Positions 26,758 to 36,675 are shown, counted from the first letter of the stretch. The stretch is 64,000 bases of DNA from Alphaproteobacteria bacterium (GCA_045637985.1 JAZUAM010000003.1:6108-70107); one strand, 5' to 3'. Notes: a model not told the origin generated them from the sequence alone. Numbers and translations: made by a program.

Positions 26758-28064
26758 TAGAGGATGAATTTTGATAAATCTGATTTAATTGTAAATTTGC
26801 TTAATTTTTCTTCAACCATATCAGATGTTATTGTCAATTCTTGCCCATTTTTATCAGAAGCGGAAAAACTGATGTCTTCAAGTAATATTTCTAATACCGT
26901 GTGTAACCTTCTGGCCCCGATATTTTCAACATTTTCATTTATGGCAACAGAAATATCGGCAATTTTTTCTATGGCATCAGGTTCAAATTTTAAGGTAAAA
27001 TTTTCAGTTCCTAAAAGAGCGATGTATTGTTCAATCAAATTTGCTTCAGGTTCTGTTAAAATTCGGACAAAATCGTTATGAGTGAGCGCCTTGAGTTCAA
27101 CCCTGATGGGAAGGCGTCCTTGTAATTCCGGTAACATATCAGAAGGTTTGGCCAGATGAAAAGCACCAGAACAAATAAATAATATATGATCTGTTTTGAC
27201 CATGCCGTATTTGGTTGTGACCGTTGTTCCTTCAATTAATGGCAACAAATCACGTTGTACTCCTTCGCGAGAAACATCACCACGTGTTCCTTCAGATTTG
27301 CCGGTAATTTTATCAATTTCGTCGATAAAAACAATTCCGTCATTTTCAACTGCTTTGATTGCCTCTGATGTTATAGTATCATTATCCAACAGCTTATCAC
27401 ATTCTTCATCTACCAAAATTTTGAAAGCTTCGGCAACTTTCAGTTTGCGGTTTTTATATTTTTGGGGAGAACCGCCTAGCAAATCGCCAAGGCTTATCAT
27501 TCCCATGGAGGCACCGGGCATTCCGGGAATATCAAAAGTAGGCATTGAATTGTTGGAATTATCCAATAAAGCAATTTCAACTTCGCGATCATCAAGTTGA
27601 TGAGATCTGAGCATTGATAAAAATTTGTTTTTGGTTTCTTCACCGGCAGATGCTCCTACTAAAGCCTCAATAATCCTAGTTTCAGCAGAAGCTTCAGCTT
27701 TGGCACAAACGCTTTTGCGAAGGTGTTTGCGAGTTTGATTAATCGAAATTTCAACCAAATCACGAATAATACTTTCAACATCACGTCCGACATAGCCGAT
27801 TTCGGTAAATTTGGTGGCTTCAACTTTAATAAAAGGAGCTTTGGCCAATTTGGCTAAACGGCGAGAAATTTCGGTTTTGCCAACACCAGTAGGACCAATC
27901 ATTAAAATATTTTTTGGTACGATTTCTTCCTTGAGTTTATCCGGTAATTGCATACGACGCCAACGGTTACGTAAAGCGACGGCGACAGCTTTCTTGGCAT
28001 CTTCTTGGCCGATAATATATTTGTCAAGTTCTGATACAATTTCACGGGGGCTAAAATTAGTCAT
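26757..28064 (-). CDS. hslU: ATP-dependent protease ATPase subunit HslU
   Basis: [37 protein letters not shown], Walker [11 protein letters not shown], Walker [11 protein letters not shown]. The start is trimmed to ATG 28064, overlapping hslV by 8 nt. Confidence 0.95.
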   Translation of the reverse strand: MTNFSPREIVSELDKYIIGQEDAKKAVAVALRNRWRRMQLPDKLKEEIVPKNILMIGPTGVGKTEISRRLAKLAKAPFIKVEATKFTEIGYVGRDVESIIRDLVEISINQTRKHLRKSVCAKAEASAETRIIEALVGASAGEETKNKFLSMLRSHQLDDREVEIALLDNSNNSMPTFDIPGMPGASMGMISLGDLLGGSPQKYKNRKLKVAEAFKILVDEECDKLLDNDTITSEAIKAVENDGIVFIDEIDKITGKSEGTRGDVSREGVQRDLLPLIEGTTVTTKYGMVKTDHILFICSGAFHLAKPSDMLPELQGRLPIRVELKALTHNDFVRILTEPEANLIEQYIALLGTENFTLKFEPDAIEKIADISVAINENVENIGARRLHTVLEILLEDISFSASDKNGQELTITSDMVEEKLSKFTIKSDLSKFIL

Positions 28065-28587
28065 TGGTAATACTTTCAATAATTATGTTGTGATTGGTAT
28101 AAATGTCGATATCGCCGGCAATTTTCATAGATTTTTTTGCGATATCTTCGAGTTCAAGTCCTTCAATATCATAGAGGGCTTTGGCTGCTGACATAGCATA
28201 GTTGCCACCGGAACCGATACCGATAATGCCGTCATCCGGTTCCATAACTTCACCTGTGCCTGATATTACTAATGATGTTTCTTTATCAGCAACAATCATA
28301 AAAGCTTGTAATTGACGAAGATATTTGTCCATACGCCAATCTTTAGCCAGTTCAACAGCAGCACGTTTTAGTTGGTTGGCATGTTTTTCAAGTTTGGCTT
28401 CCAGGCGTTCAATCAATGTGATACCATCAGCAGCAGCACCGGCAAAACCGGCAATGATGTTACCATTGCCAATGCGGCGGACTTTTATGGAGTGAGATTT
28501 GAAAACAATTGCCTCACCGAGTGTTGCTTGTCCGTCACCGGCCATTACTACTTTGTTTCCTTTGCGAATACATAAAATTGTTGTCAT
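28057..28587 (-). CDS. hslV: ATP-dependent protease subunit HslV
   Basis: [20 protein letters not shown] has the N-terminal Thr nucleophile. GSGGNYA is also present. Confidence 0.95.
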   Translation of the reverse strand: MTTILCIRKGNKVVMAGDGQATLGEAIVFKSHSIKVRRIGNGNIIAGFAGAAADGITLIERLEAKLEKHANQLKRAAVELAKDWRMDKYLRQLQAFMIVADKETSLVISGTGEVMEPDDGIIGIGSGGNYAMSAAKALYDIEGLELEDIAKKSMKIAGDIDIYTNHNIIIESITND

Positions 28588-28622
28588 TAGCCCAAAATCC
28601 TTAATTCGTTAGTATATGGATT

Positions 28623-28653
28623 ATATTTAGGCAAAAATATTGATTGATGCAAG
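28623..28653 (-). promoter_or_regulatory. Candidate heat-shock (sigma-32-type) promoter of hslVU-hemW
   Basis: The minus strand reads CTTGCA-N16-CCTAAATAT about 36 nt upstream of the hslV ATG. It resembles CTTGAA / CCCCAT-like (CYTAT-like in alphaproteobacteria) elements. The assignment is by eye only. Confidence 0.3.
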
Positions 28654-28666
28654 GGGATTTTAAAAT

Positions 28667-28702
28667 AAAAAAGACCTTGGGGAAAGATGTTTCCAAGGTC
28701 TT
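28667..28702 (-). terminator. Intrinsic terminator of the 121-aa membrane protein gene
   Basis: The AAGACCTTGG...CCAAGGTCTT stem is followed by a T-run on the minus strand. Confidence 0.7.
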
Positions 28703-28712
28703 GAGTTTGGGT

Positions 28713-28747
28713 GATAACAAAAAACTATCTGATAACAAAAAACTATC
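28713..28747. repeat. Tandem 18-bp direct repeat GATAACAAAAAACTATC x2
   Basis: Exact 17-mer at 28713-28729 and 28731-28747. The second copy overlaps the stop codon of the upstream (minus-strand) gene. Confidence 0.8.
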
Positions 28748-29108
28748 GATAATATATGATTGATAATTTTTTATTATAGATGTTTCTGCACTTCTTACAT
28801 TGGTAAGAGCAGATCAGGAAAGCTAATACGTATATTGCAATTGAAACAAGAACTAACATAAAATGCATTAGTTCAAATACAGCAAGCAATATAAATACAA
28901 ATACAGAAAATGCCATTGGACCAAAAGACCAAATTACAGATCTTAAGATGCGTTGTTCCTTTATATATGCTTCGGCGACGGACTTATCTGTCGCATATAT
29001 GAAAGAACGATTTTCCCAGTTTTGTTGGTAATAATAACCATCGCTTTCCGGTTCTGTGCCACGATGCTTAATGTAGCATTGTCTGGCTTTTTCAGTTGAA
29101 ATATCCAT
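28743..29108 (-). CDS. Hypothetical membrane protein (121 aa, 2 TM)
   Basis: Soluble N-terminal 50 aa, then two TM helices (VIWSFGPMAFSVFVFILLAVF, LVLVSIAIYVLAFLI). It has its own terminator. Confidence 0.5.
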   Translation of the reverse strand: MDISTEKARQCYIKHRGTEPESDGYYYQQNWENRSFIYATDKSVAEAYIKEQRILRSVIWSFGPMAFSVFVFILLAVFELMHFMLVLVSIAIYVLAFLICSYQCKKCRNIYNKKLSIIYYR

Positions 29109-29184
29109 ATCTAAAAAATTTTGTAAATATATTTATGATTATAGGATTGTTGATTATTGTTTTGTTTTTGTCAAGTATTTTGTC

Positions 29185-29217
29185 AAAAAAACTCCTCTTT
29201 AGTTGCTAAAGAGGAGT
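29185..29217 (-). terminator. Intrinsic terminator of the 690-aa lipoprotein gene
   Basis: ACTCCTCTTTA-GTTGC-TAAAGAGGAGT followed by T6 on the minus strand. Confidence 0.8.
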
Positions 29218-29225
29218 TTTCTGGG

Positions 29226-31298
29226 TTACTTCCTTGTTTTGCCTTCCATAGGTTTAGGGGCTTTATCTTTAGGAGAAGCATCTATTGCGTCGGCAATCGG
29301 AGTGTAGATGCGAACAGCTTTTGGTTTGTTTATTGTCGGTTTTTGCCCGCAAATTTCCAGACCTAAACTTTTAAGTGCTGTTTCAATAGGAATAAATAAG
29401 TCAGGAGATGTATCAGACTTTTTGGTTTCGTGAGCGATACCGATAATATTTCCTTTTTGGTCAATTAGTGCTCCGCCCAGGGTTACTGTTTGAACAAAAG
29501 TATCAACGATTATTTCTGCGCCACGATCTTCTGACCAACGATATCCAACAACACGTCCTTCATTGTCAATATAGTTTTCGCCTTCATCTTCAAAATTTAA
29601 CAATCCCAGAGTCAAAAGAATGTCTTTTTCAACTTCAGGCAATGTTAATGACATCGGCAAAGGTTGATAAGTTGTCGGTTTATCTAAAAGCAATACGGCT
29701 ACATTTTTGGTAGGATTGACACGGAAAGCAGATGCTTCAAATTCTTTTCCGTTAACTGTTTGCAGTTTGTAGCGGTTGTTGTCTTTTTGTATCAAATCGG
29801 CAGAGGTCAATACCAAATTATCTGCAATAATTAATCCGGCTCCTTTTTGTTCTGAAGCGTTTTCAACAGATACTATGGATGCTCGTAACTTGTATAAATT
29901 ATGAGGATTAAGATTTTCGAAAGGAGGATTATTGACAATGCAGAATTGATTGTTTACGGATGCAAAAGAATTTTCCGCAATTTCATTTATTTCGACATTA
30001 GTCGAGTTTCCTGTTCCGGTAGCACCGCCGTCTTCTTCTATATCAAGTTCTATAGGTTGTTCAACTTCCAACGGAATGTCTACAAAGAAATCATCTGCTA
30101 CTGTAATGGGGGTTTCCGGTTCAATTATTGTGTGACATTCTTCAATTCCGTCGGCACAAGCATCAATGATTTCAGCTGTTTGACATTCATCAATAAGTGA
30201 TATGTTGGCATCGTTTACTCCGCCTGATGTTTCAACAATGCCGGCAAGAGATTGACAAGCGCTTCCTTCACATGAAACAGGCGTTGCTACTGGAACTAAT
30301 TCAACATCTGTTATATTTGTCATTTCGATGGAACCATTGTTTCTCTCACATTCTTGTAATACTTCAATACCTCTTAATTCGTTAGCATATTGTGATTTGA
30401 AACATGTCGGGCAGTTTTCATAATTGTTCAGACGGTTCAGTTGAGCCTCAATATCTGCTTGGCAAACGCGCTGAGAAAGAGTAGAGTTAACACAACTTAT
30501 TTCAGGCAATTTGGTTAAAGCATCTTCAAAAGCTCTTTCAACCAAAAGAGTTTCTCCATTTGGTTCTCCTTCCATTACTTGTCCGTATCCGGTGGTTGTT
30601 CCGCGACAGTATACTTGATCTTTGGCGATGTTCATTATGCGCCAAACAACAGTCATTTCCGATGAACCGTTACGCAACTTTTTGTTTTTAGCTTCATTCC
30701 AATCAAATTCATCACAAATGTTCATGAAATAATCGGTTATTTCAGCTGTAATTACGTATTCAGCTTGAGGTATTTTATCGGAATCGGGATAATATACGTT
30801 TGAAGGAGATACTACAACGGGATAATAATCATTTAACGTTTCATAAAACACATCGAAAAAGTGCATGTCCTTTTGCATTGAACGCCCTTGGTTTAAAAAG
30901 GCATTTTTTGTTTCACGACGGCATCCGAATATGCGAAAATGATAGTCACCGAGTTTGGTGTTAAAATCGTCGTATTTACGACTTTTTTTGATGCGAAAAT
31001 CAACGTTTTCCAGTGCAATCGGAGCATATTTGTCGCGGCTTTGATGCAATAGGGTATAAGCATCATATTGTTCATCGGTTATGATGAGACTTTGATAGCG
31101 TACTTTTTGTTTGTCTTGGAGATAAGAAATACGGCGAACCGGTTTTTTCTTTGATGGTTCGCACATACAATCAAAAATTCCCAATGTAGAATCGGCATTA
31201 GAATCGCACATACATGGTATCAATTCGGGGCTTTCTTTGCTGCAAGCAGAAAGTAATATTATTGAGGAAAGCAGTGTAAGGCTTATGGTTTTGCGCAT
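29226..31298 (-). CDS. Large lipoprotein with C-terminal trypsin-like (S1/DegP-type fold) domain lacking the catalytic triad
   Basis: Lipobox ILLSAC. In the C-terminal domain, GAGLIIADNLVLTSADLI aligns to GSGFII..ILTN.HVV, NVAVLLL aligns to DLAVLKI, and TVTLGGALIDQKGNIIGI aligns to GNSGGPL.N..G.VIGI. In this by-eye alignment His, Asp and Ser are replaced by D, N and L. Confidence 0.55.
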   Translation of the reverse strand: MRKTISLTLLSSIILLSACSKESPELIPCMCDSNADSTLGIFDCMCEPSKKKPVRRISYLQDKQKVRYQSLIITDEQYDAYTLLHQSRDKYAPIALENVDFRIKKSRKYDDFNTKLGDYHFRIFGCRRETKNAFLNQGRSMQKDMHFFDVFYETLNDYYPVVVSPSNVYYPDSDKIPQAEYVITAEITDYFMNICDEFDWNEAKNKKLRNGSSEMTVVWRIMNIAKDQVYCRGTTTGYGQVMEGEPNGETLLVERAFEDALTKLPEISCVNSTLSQRVCQADIEAQLNRLNNYENCPTCFKSQYANELRGIEVLQECERNNGSIEMTNITDVELVPVATPVSCEGSACQSLAGIVETSGGVNDANISLIDECQTAEIIDACADGIEECHTIIEPETPITVADDFFVDIPLEVEQPIELDIEEDGGATGTGNSTNVEINEIAENSFASVNNQFCIVNNPPFENLNPHNLYKLRASIVSVENASEQKGAGLIIADNLVLTSADLIQKDNNRYKLQTVNGKEFEASAFRVNPTKNVAVLLLDKPTTYQPLPMSLTLPEVEKDILLTLGLLNFEDEGENYIDNEGRVVGYRWSEDRGAEIIVDTFVQTVTLGGALIDQKGNIIGIAHETKKSDTSPDLFIPIETALKSLGLEICGQKPTINKPKAVRIYTPIADAIDASPKDKAPKPMEGKTRK

Positions 31299-31322
31299 TT
31301 TAAGATAAACTCCAGTTAAGCA

Positions 31323-32837
31323 TCAAAAATATCTGCTTTGACGATATGACAAAGCTTCGGCTATGTGCAGTTTATTAATTTTTGATTCATTTTGCAAGTC
31401 TGCAATTGTTCTTGCTAACCGCAAAGAGCGATGAAAGGCTCTGGCAGATAAAGAATTTTTGTCTGCAAATGTTATAAGGAGGGTTTCGGCATCTTTATCC
31501 ATCTGGCAAATTTCCTCTAAAAGCTTGCCTTTCAGACCGGCATTGGTATAAATTTGTTTTTCACCAAAAGAGGCCAGACGTTCGATTTGAAGTTTGCGAG
31601 CTTTGATAACACGCTTCTGGATAACTTCTGATGATTCGCCTTTTGAAACTTCCGAAAGTTCCCAAGGGCTGATTGCCGGAACTTCAATTTTTATATCAAT
31701 ACGATCAAGTAGCGGACCGGATATTTTTGATATGTATTCTTGGGCGCAGATGGGAGCTCTGGTGCATTCTTTTTCCTTTTGCCCGAGGTGTCCGCAACGA
31801 CAAGGATTCATTGCCGCAATTAATTGAAAGTTTGCAGGGAAGGTGGTATGTGCGTTTACTCGAGATATTTGGATGTTGCCGTTTTCAAGCGGTTGGCGCA
31901 GAGCTTCGAGTGTTGCACGATTGAATTCGGGAAGTTCATCTAAAAACAATACTCCGTTATGAGCTAAGGATATTTCACCGGGGGTTCCTTTGCGTCCACC
32001 ACCCACCAAAGCAGGAGTTGATGCAGAGTGATGAGGAGCTTGAAACGGACGTTCAAAACAAATACCGGTATCTTTTAATGTTCCGGTGATTGATTTTATC
32101 ATAGATGTTTCAATAGCTTCATCAGTATTCATAGGCGGTAAGATAGTAGGTAATCTTGATGCCAACATAGACTTTCCGGATCCGGGAGGTCCTATCATCA
32201 AAAGATTATGTCCTCCGGCAGCAGCAATTTCCAATGCTCGTTTTGCCGTTTCTTGTCCTTTGATATCAGACATATCCAAACGAGATGAGGAGTTTGTTGA
32301 TTGAGAAGGAGTGGGAATCGGGATGGTTTCGGTATTGTTAAGGTGATTAATCAGAGCAACCAGATTGGGAGCGGCTATTAAATCAGGGATTTTTGCCCAA
32401 GCTGCTTCGGCTCCGCAAGCGGCCGGACAAATGAGACCGAGATTGTTTTTTGATGCATAAACCGCAACAGGTAAAACTCCGTTTACGGGCAAGATTGCTC
32501 CGTCTAATCCCAGTTCACCCATAACTATATGTGATTTAAGTTTTGCGGCGGGAACAACTCCCATTACGGACAAAATTGCCAATGTTATGGGTAAATCAAA
32601 ATGAGAACCTTCTTTGAGTAAATCGGCAGGAGCCATATTTATCACAATGCGTTTGGGCGGTAATTGTAATCCTATAGATTGCAATGCCGCACGAATTCGT
32701 TCTTTGCTTTCGGCGATTGCTTTGTCAGGCAAGCCGACAATTATGAAATTAGGTAAACCCGAAGAAACTTGTGCTTGTAAATCAACCTTCAGAACTTCAA
32801 GTCCGTTAAATGTCAAAGTGTTAATATGTGTCATCAT
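31323..32837 (-). CDS. YifB/ComM-family Mg-chelatase-like AAA+ ATPase
   Basis: N-terminal Lon-protease-like domain, Walker A GPPGSGKSMLA, Walker B GVLFLDELPEF, cysteine cluster CRCGHLG...C. The start is trimmed to an internal ATG. Confidence 0.9.
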   Translation of the reverse strand: MMTHINTLTFNGLEVLKVDLQAQVSSGLPNFIIVGLPDKAIAESKERIRAALQSIGLQLPPKRIVINMAPADLLKEGSHFDLPITLAILSVMGVVPAAKLKSHIVMGELGLDGAILPVNGVLPVAVYASKNNLGLICPAACGAEAAWAKIPDLIAAPNLVALINHLNNTETIPIPTPSQSTNSSSRLDMSDIKGQETAKRALEIAAAGGHNLLMIGPPGSGKSMLASRLPTILPPMNTDEAIETSMIKSITGTLKDTGICFERPFQAPHHSASTPALVGGGRKGTPGEISLAHNGVLFLDELPEFNRATLEALRQPLENGNIQISRVNAHTTFPANFQLIAAMNPCRCGHLGQKEKECTRAPICAQEYISKISGPLLDRIDIKIEVPAISPWELSEVSKGESSEVIQKRVIKARKLQIERLASFGEKQIYTNAGLKGKLLEEICQMDKDAETLLITFADKNSLSARAFHRSLRLARTIADLQNESKINKLHIAEALSYRQSRYF

Positions 32838-32848
32838 TGGAAAAGTCC

Positions 32849-33151
32849 TTACCAACGAGGTGTTATTTCTCCATTACGCCAACGACGTGTCGGAAAGGTG
32901 TCTACTGTTAAAAAATCATAACGGGCTGTTTTTGTCGGTAAGTCTTTGATTTTTGTGAAGCCGATACTTTCATAATATGCGGCACATTCTTCTGCCGAAT
33001 GTTTGGGGTTATCGTAGCAATAAACGATGGTACGAGAATTTTGATTTTGTAGTCCAATACGATATTCGCCGGATGCTTTGGCAATGGCGGCGTATATTAA
33101 ACAAAAAAACAATATTATGCTACAAAGACTCAAGACACGATTAAAATACAT
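32849..33151 (-). CDS. Small secreted hypothetical protein (100 aa)
   Basis: Signal peptide LSLCSIILFFCLIYAAIAKA. It is upstream of yifB on the same strand. Confidence 0.45.
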   Translation of the reverse strand: MYFNRVLSLCSIILFFCLIYAAIAKASGEYRIGLQNQNSRTIVYCYDNPKHSAEECAAYYESIGFTKIKDLPTKTARYDFLTVDTFPTRRWRNGEITPRW

Positions 33152-33231
33152 TTTTGTTCCCTCTGCTGAAACTTATAATAGGAATTAGCAAAAAAAGATT
33201 AAATCTTCATTAAAATTAAGCAATAAAAAGC

Positions 33232-33259
33232 TTGCAAAATAAAGATTTTGTGATATAAA
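33232..33259 (+). promoter_or_regulatory. Candidate sigma-70 promoter of rpsF-rpsR-rplI (extended -10)
   Basis: TTGCAA-N16-(TG)A-TATAAA. This would leave a leader of about 130 nt before rpsF. Confidence 0.35.
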
Positions 33260-33393
33260 GCCAAAGTCCTTGCTGCAGTCGGATATGGTTGTGGCTATAC
33301 AAAAGGCGGCTCATATTGTTTGTGTAACGGTTAACAGATTGTTTATACAAGCATTGAGTCAATTGTTGAGAATCCATAAGGAGTTAAATTAAG

Positions 33394-33732
33394 ATGAATA
33401 AATATGAAAGCGTGTTGATTGCACGTCAGGATTTGGGCGCCTCTCAGGTTTCATCTTTGGTTGACAGCTTGAAACAAGTTGTTGCCAGCCAAGGTGGTGA
33501 GGTTGTTCGTGTTGATAACTGGGGTTTGAAAAACCTTGCTTATCGTATTAAGAAAAACCGTAAAGGTCATTATGTTCTTTTGAATATTTCAGCTCCGGCA
33601 GCTGCTGTTGCTGAATATGAACGTGTTATGCGTGTAAACGAAGATATTATCCGTTATATGACTGTAAAAGTTGATGAGTTTGCAGATGTTTCTGCTAATT
33701 CAGACGGTGTTGATTCGGCTGTTGAAGAATAG
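33394..33732 (+). CDS. rpsF: 30S ribosomal protein S6
   Basis: [14 protein letters not shown]...[20 protein letters not shown]. Confidence 0.95.
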   Translation: MNKYESVLIARQDLGASQVSSLVDSLKQVVASQGGEVVRVDNWGLKNLAYRIKKNRKGHYVLLNISAPAAAVAEYERVMRVNEDIIRYMTVKVDEFADVSANSDGVDSAVEE

Positions 33733-33743
33733 GAGAATATAAA

Positions 33744-33971
33744 ATGGCTAAACAAGTATTCTTTAGAAGAAAAAAGAGTTGTCCGTTTTCTGGTGAAGAC
33801 GCTCTTAAGATTGACTATAAAGATGTAAAATTACTTTCTCGTTATATTTCCGAGAAAGGTAAAATCATTCCTAGTCGTATTACTTCAGTTTCGGCTAAAA
33901 AACAAAGAGAATTAGCTCGCGCTATTAAAAGAGCTCGTTATCTTGGTTTGTTGCCATATGTTGCAATGTAG
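33744..33971 (+). CDS. rpsR: 30S ribosomal protein S18
   Basis: [67 protein letters not shown]. Confidence 0.95.
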   Translation: MAKQVFFRRKKSCPFSGEDALKIDYKDVKLLSRYISEKGKIIPSRITSVSAKKQRELARAIKRARYLGLLPYVAM

Positions 33972-33988
33972 TTTAGGGGAGAAAGAAT

Positions 33989-34474
33989 ATGGAAGTTATC
34001 TTGCTTGAACACGTTGAAAAACTTGGTAAAATGGGTGAAAAAGTTAGTGTAAAAAATGGTTATGCACGTAACTATTTGTTGCCTCAAGGAAAAGCTTTGC
34101 GCGCTACTGAAGCAAATTTGGCAGTTTACGAAAAACAAAAAGCTGATTTGGAAGCTCGCAACAAGCAATTGTTTGATGAAGCATCAAAATTGGCAGAAAC
34201 ATTAAAAGGTTATTCAACTGTTTTGATTCGTCAAGCTGCTGAAACAGGACAACTTTATGGTTCTGTTACTATTCGTGATATTGCTGCCGCAATTAAAGAA
34301 GCCGGTTATTCAGTAGAACGTCGTCAGGTGTTCTTGGATAAAGCTATTAAAGATCTGGGTGTTTATGAAGTTAAACTTAATTTGCATCCGGAAGTATCTC
34401 AGACAGTTTTGGTTAATGTTGCCAGAACTGAAGATGATGCTAAAAAACAAGCTAAGGCTTATGCAGGTGAGTAA
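33989..34474 (+). CDS. rplI: 50S ribosomal protein L9
   Basis: MEVILLEHVEKLGKMGEKVSVKNGYARNYLLPQGKALRAT. Confidence 0.95.
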   Translation: MEVILLEHVEKLGKMGEKVSVKNGYARNYLLPQGKALRATEANLAVYEKQKADLEARNKQLFDEASKLAETLKGYSTVLIRQAAETGQLYGSVTIRDIAAAIKEAGYSVERRQVFLDKAIKDLGVYEVKLNLHPEVSQTVLVNVARTEDDAKKQAKAYAGE

Positions 34475-34499
34475 TTATCGGTTCGAGTAATCGAAATAA

Positions 34500-34534
34500 G
34501 AAAGGGAAAGATTGATTTTCTTTCCCTTTTTTTG
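34500..34534 (+). terminator. Intrinsic terminator of the rpsF operon
   Basis: GAAAGGGAAAG-loop-CTTTCCCTTT followed by a T-run. Confidence 0.75.
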
Positions 34535-34539
34535 TGAAT

Positions 34540-34574
34540 AAAAAAATCCCTGAGCTTGGATAAGCTGCAGGGAT
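34540..34574 (-). terminator. Intrinsic terminator of the 312-aa hypothetical gene
   Basis: The ATCCCTG/AGCTT...AAGCT/CAGGGAT hairpin is followed by T7 on the minus strand. Confidence 0.7.
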
Positions 34575-34595
34575 TGATAGTTTGGCATCGGATGG

Positions 34596-35534
34596 TTAAA
34601 TCTTTTGGTATTTTCCGTTTGATTCCGGTTTGTAGATAATTGTTTCTTCTACAATTCCTCCTTCATCAAACCCCATATCTACTTTTGAAAAAACAGTTAT
34701 ATAGCCATTTTCTCCGATTTCATAGCTTTCATCTGAAAGAATATGAGCTATTTCTTCAATAGATTTATCTGTAAGGCTCCACAAATAAATACTATCATTT
34801 TGACTAGTGACTAAAATGGCAGACACGCCGGTTTTTTTGACAGATGTCAGACAACCGAGGCTTTTAACTGTTCCCTGAGATGTAATCAAAAATACCGAAG
34901 AATACGGGGTGTTGGTATAAGCAATGATATAATCTTTGTTGCATACCAACATTTCCATTACGGATTTTTTGTAACAGCCGGATGCTTCAAGAGTATAGAT
35001 GGCTCCGTTCCAAAAAAACGCTTTTTCACCGCTTCGGTAAACACCATGACTTTGAATATGGGCTTTGCCTTTGTGAAAAAACTCTTTGTCATCGCCGATA
35101 GGATTGTCGGTTTGTTCATAAACAATGACATTGTCTTTATCGCAAGAGGCAAGAACAAAAGCCGGTGTTTTTGCAACCTCCGGAAAAAACACTTTACGAT
35201 ATCCTTTAGTGTCAGGAAGTTCGGTTATACCGGTGCTTTGGTGGTTTACAAACAACGGAGTGTTTTTGATTAGGGCAAATTGTCGATCAGCCACAGACGG
35301 AGAGTTATCAATGAGATGGAACTCTGCGTTTTTTGCTATGCACAGATAGTGATTGTGGTTGTTTAAGTGGTATATATCATTACCAATTCGGTAAAGATTA
35401 ATACTTTGGTCACAGCACGTAATGATGCTGTATTTGCTTATTTTTTGGAGATATCCGTCAGCCAAAGTATAAGCAAAACCATCTGATGGATTTACAATGA
35501 TGTTATTCATAATTTTGAGTTTTAAGTTAGACAT
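34596..35534 (-). CDS. Hypothetical cytoplasmic protein (312 aa), beta-rich
   Basis: No signal peptide, TM helix or recognisable motif. It has its own terminator. Confidence 0.45.
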   Translation of the reverse strand: MSNLKLKIMNNIIVNPSDGFAYTLADGYLQKISKYSIITCCDQSINLYRIGNDIYHLNNHNHYLCIAKNAEFHLIDNSPSVADRQFALIKNTPLFVNHQSTGITELPDTKGYRKVFFPEVAKTPAFVLASCDKDNVIVYEQTDNPIGDDKEFFHKGKAHIQSHGVYRSGEKAFFWNGAIYTLEASGCYKKSVMEMLVCNKDYIIAYTNTPYSSVFLITSQGTVKSLGCLTSVKKTGVSAILVTSQNDSIYLWSLTDKSIEEIAHILSDESYEIGENGYITVFSKVDMGFDEGGIVEETIIYKPESNGKYQKI

Positions 35535-35612
35535 AAAAATTATTTGTTTATAATGGTTTTATAAACATTTTGGACAAAAAATGCAAGAATAAAATAAATT
35601 TGATAATAGATT

Positions 35613-36671
35613 TTAGTCTTTATATAATGAACTTTGTTTGTATTTGGATATAGCAAAACGAACCAAAACTCCAATAACAGCGGCAAGAGGAACTGCTATC
35701 ATTAACCCTAAAAATCCAAGTAAAACACCGCCGGCAAGTAATGCAAACATAACCCAAACAGGATGAAGTCCGATTGAATCACCGACAAGTTTCGGGGTCA
35801 AAAAGTTGCCTTCTAAAAATTGTCCGATACCAAATACGGCAACAACTTGGGCAATAGGTATCCACGTATCAAATTGGGCAAAAGCAATTCCCATTGCGGT
35901 AATAAAACCGACAATGGATCCGACATAGGGAATAAAGGATATTATTCCGGCAATGAAACCGACCAACATTCCGAGATCAAGTCCGACAAATGTTAAACCT
36001 ATGGCGTAAAATGAACCAAGCAAAACACATACGGAAAGTTGTCCGCGTATGAAAGACGATATAATTTTATCAATTTCTTTGGCTTGAGTTCGGATTTCTT
36101 TTTTGTGAGATTTGGGTAACAGACTATCAACTTTTTTGATAAAACTGTTCCAATCTCTGAGCATATAAAAAGCGACAACCGGAGTAATCAGTAGCAAAGA
36201 AACAATATTGAAGAGGGCATAGCCGCTGGTAATGAGCTTGCGTAAAACATTGCCGAAGAGTTTTAGTCCGTTTGAAATATTTCCTTGTAAATATTCGCGT
36301 ATTTTATCGCGACTGAGTGCAGGAAAATTATCTTGTAAATTAGCAATTATGGGTTCAATTTTTTTATTTAAAGAACTCATATATCCGGGAACAGCATTAA
36401 TAAACAATGATAGTTGATCATCTATCATGCCGGCCAATGCCAAGATTGCCGGAATTAGTATTATGGCAACAAGGAATAAAACCAAAAATGTTGCGGATGT
36501 TCTACTTAGTTTTAATTTTTCGAATCTGCAGGCAAGGGGATCCAACAAATATCCGATAATTATACCAACGACAAATGGTAATAAAACGGAGCGCAATGCA
36601 TATACTAACAAGCAAAAAATACCTAATAAAGTAAGCCAAAAAATCCAGTTTTTATTTTCTGTTTTGGTCAT
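35613..36671 (-). CDS. AI-2E family transporter (PerM/YhhT, UPF0118)
   Basis: About 8 TM helices. C-terminal GDSIGLHPVWVMFALLAGGVLLGFLGLMIAVPLAAV is typical of UPF0118. Confidence 0.85.
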   Translation of the reverse strand: MTKTENKNWIFWLTLLGIFCLLVYALRSVLLPFVVGIIIGYLLDPLACRFEKLKLSRTSATFLVLFLVAIILIPAILALAGMIDDQLSLFINAVPGYMSSLNKKIEPIIANLQDNFPALSRDKIREYLQGNISNGLKLFGNVLRKLITSGYALFNIVSLLLITPVVAFYMLRDWNSFIKKVDSLLPKSHKKEIRTQAKEIDKIISSFIRGQLSVCVLLGSFYAIGLTFVGLDLGMLVGFIAGIISFIPYVGSIVGFITAMGIAFAQFDTWIPIAQVVAVFGIGQFLEGNFLTPKLVGDSIGLHPVWVMFALLAGGVLLGFLGLMIAVPLAAVIGVLVRFAISKYKQSSLYKD

Positions 36672-36675
36672 TTTA

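Noticed and set aside
33260-33393. S6:S18-binding autoregulatory leader RNA upstream of rpsF
   Set aside because: The 5' leader of about 130 nt is long enough, and such leaders are known in many bacteria. However, I could not identify the conserved hairpin and bulge motif by eye, so a covariance-model scan is needed before calling it.
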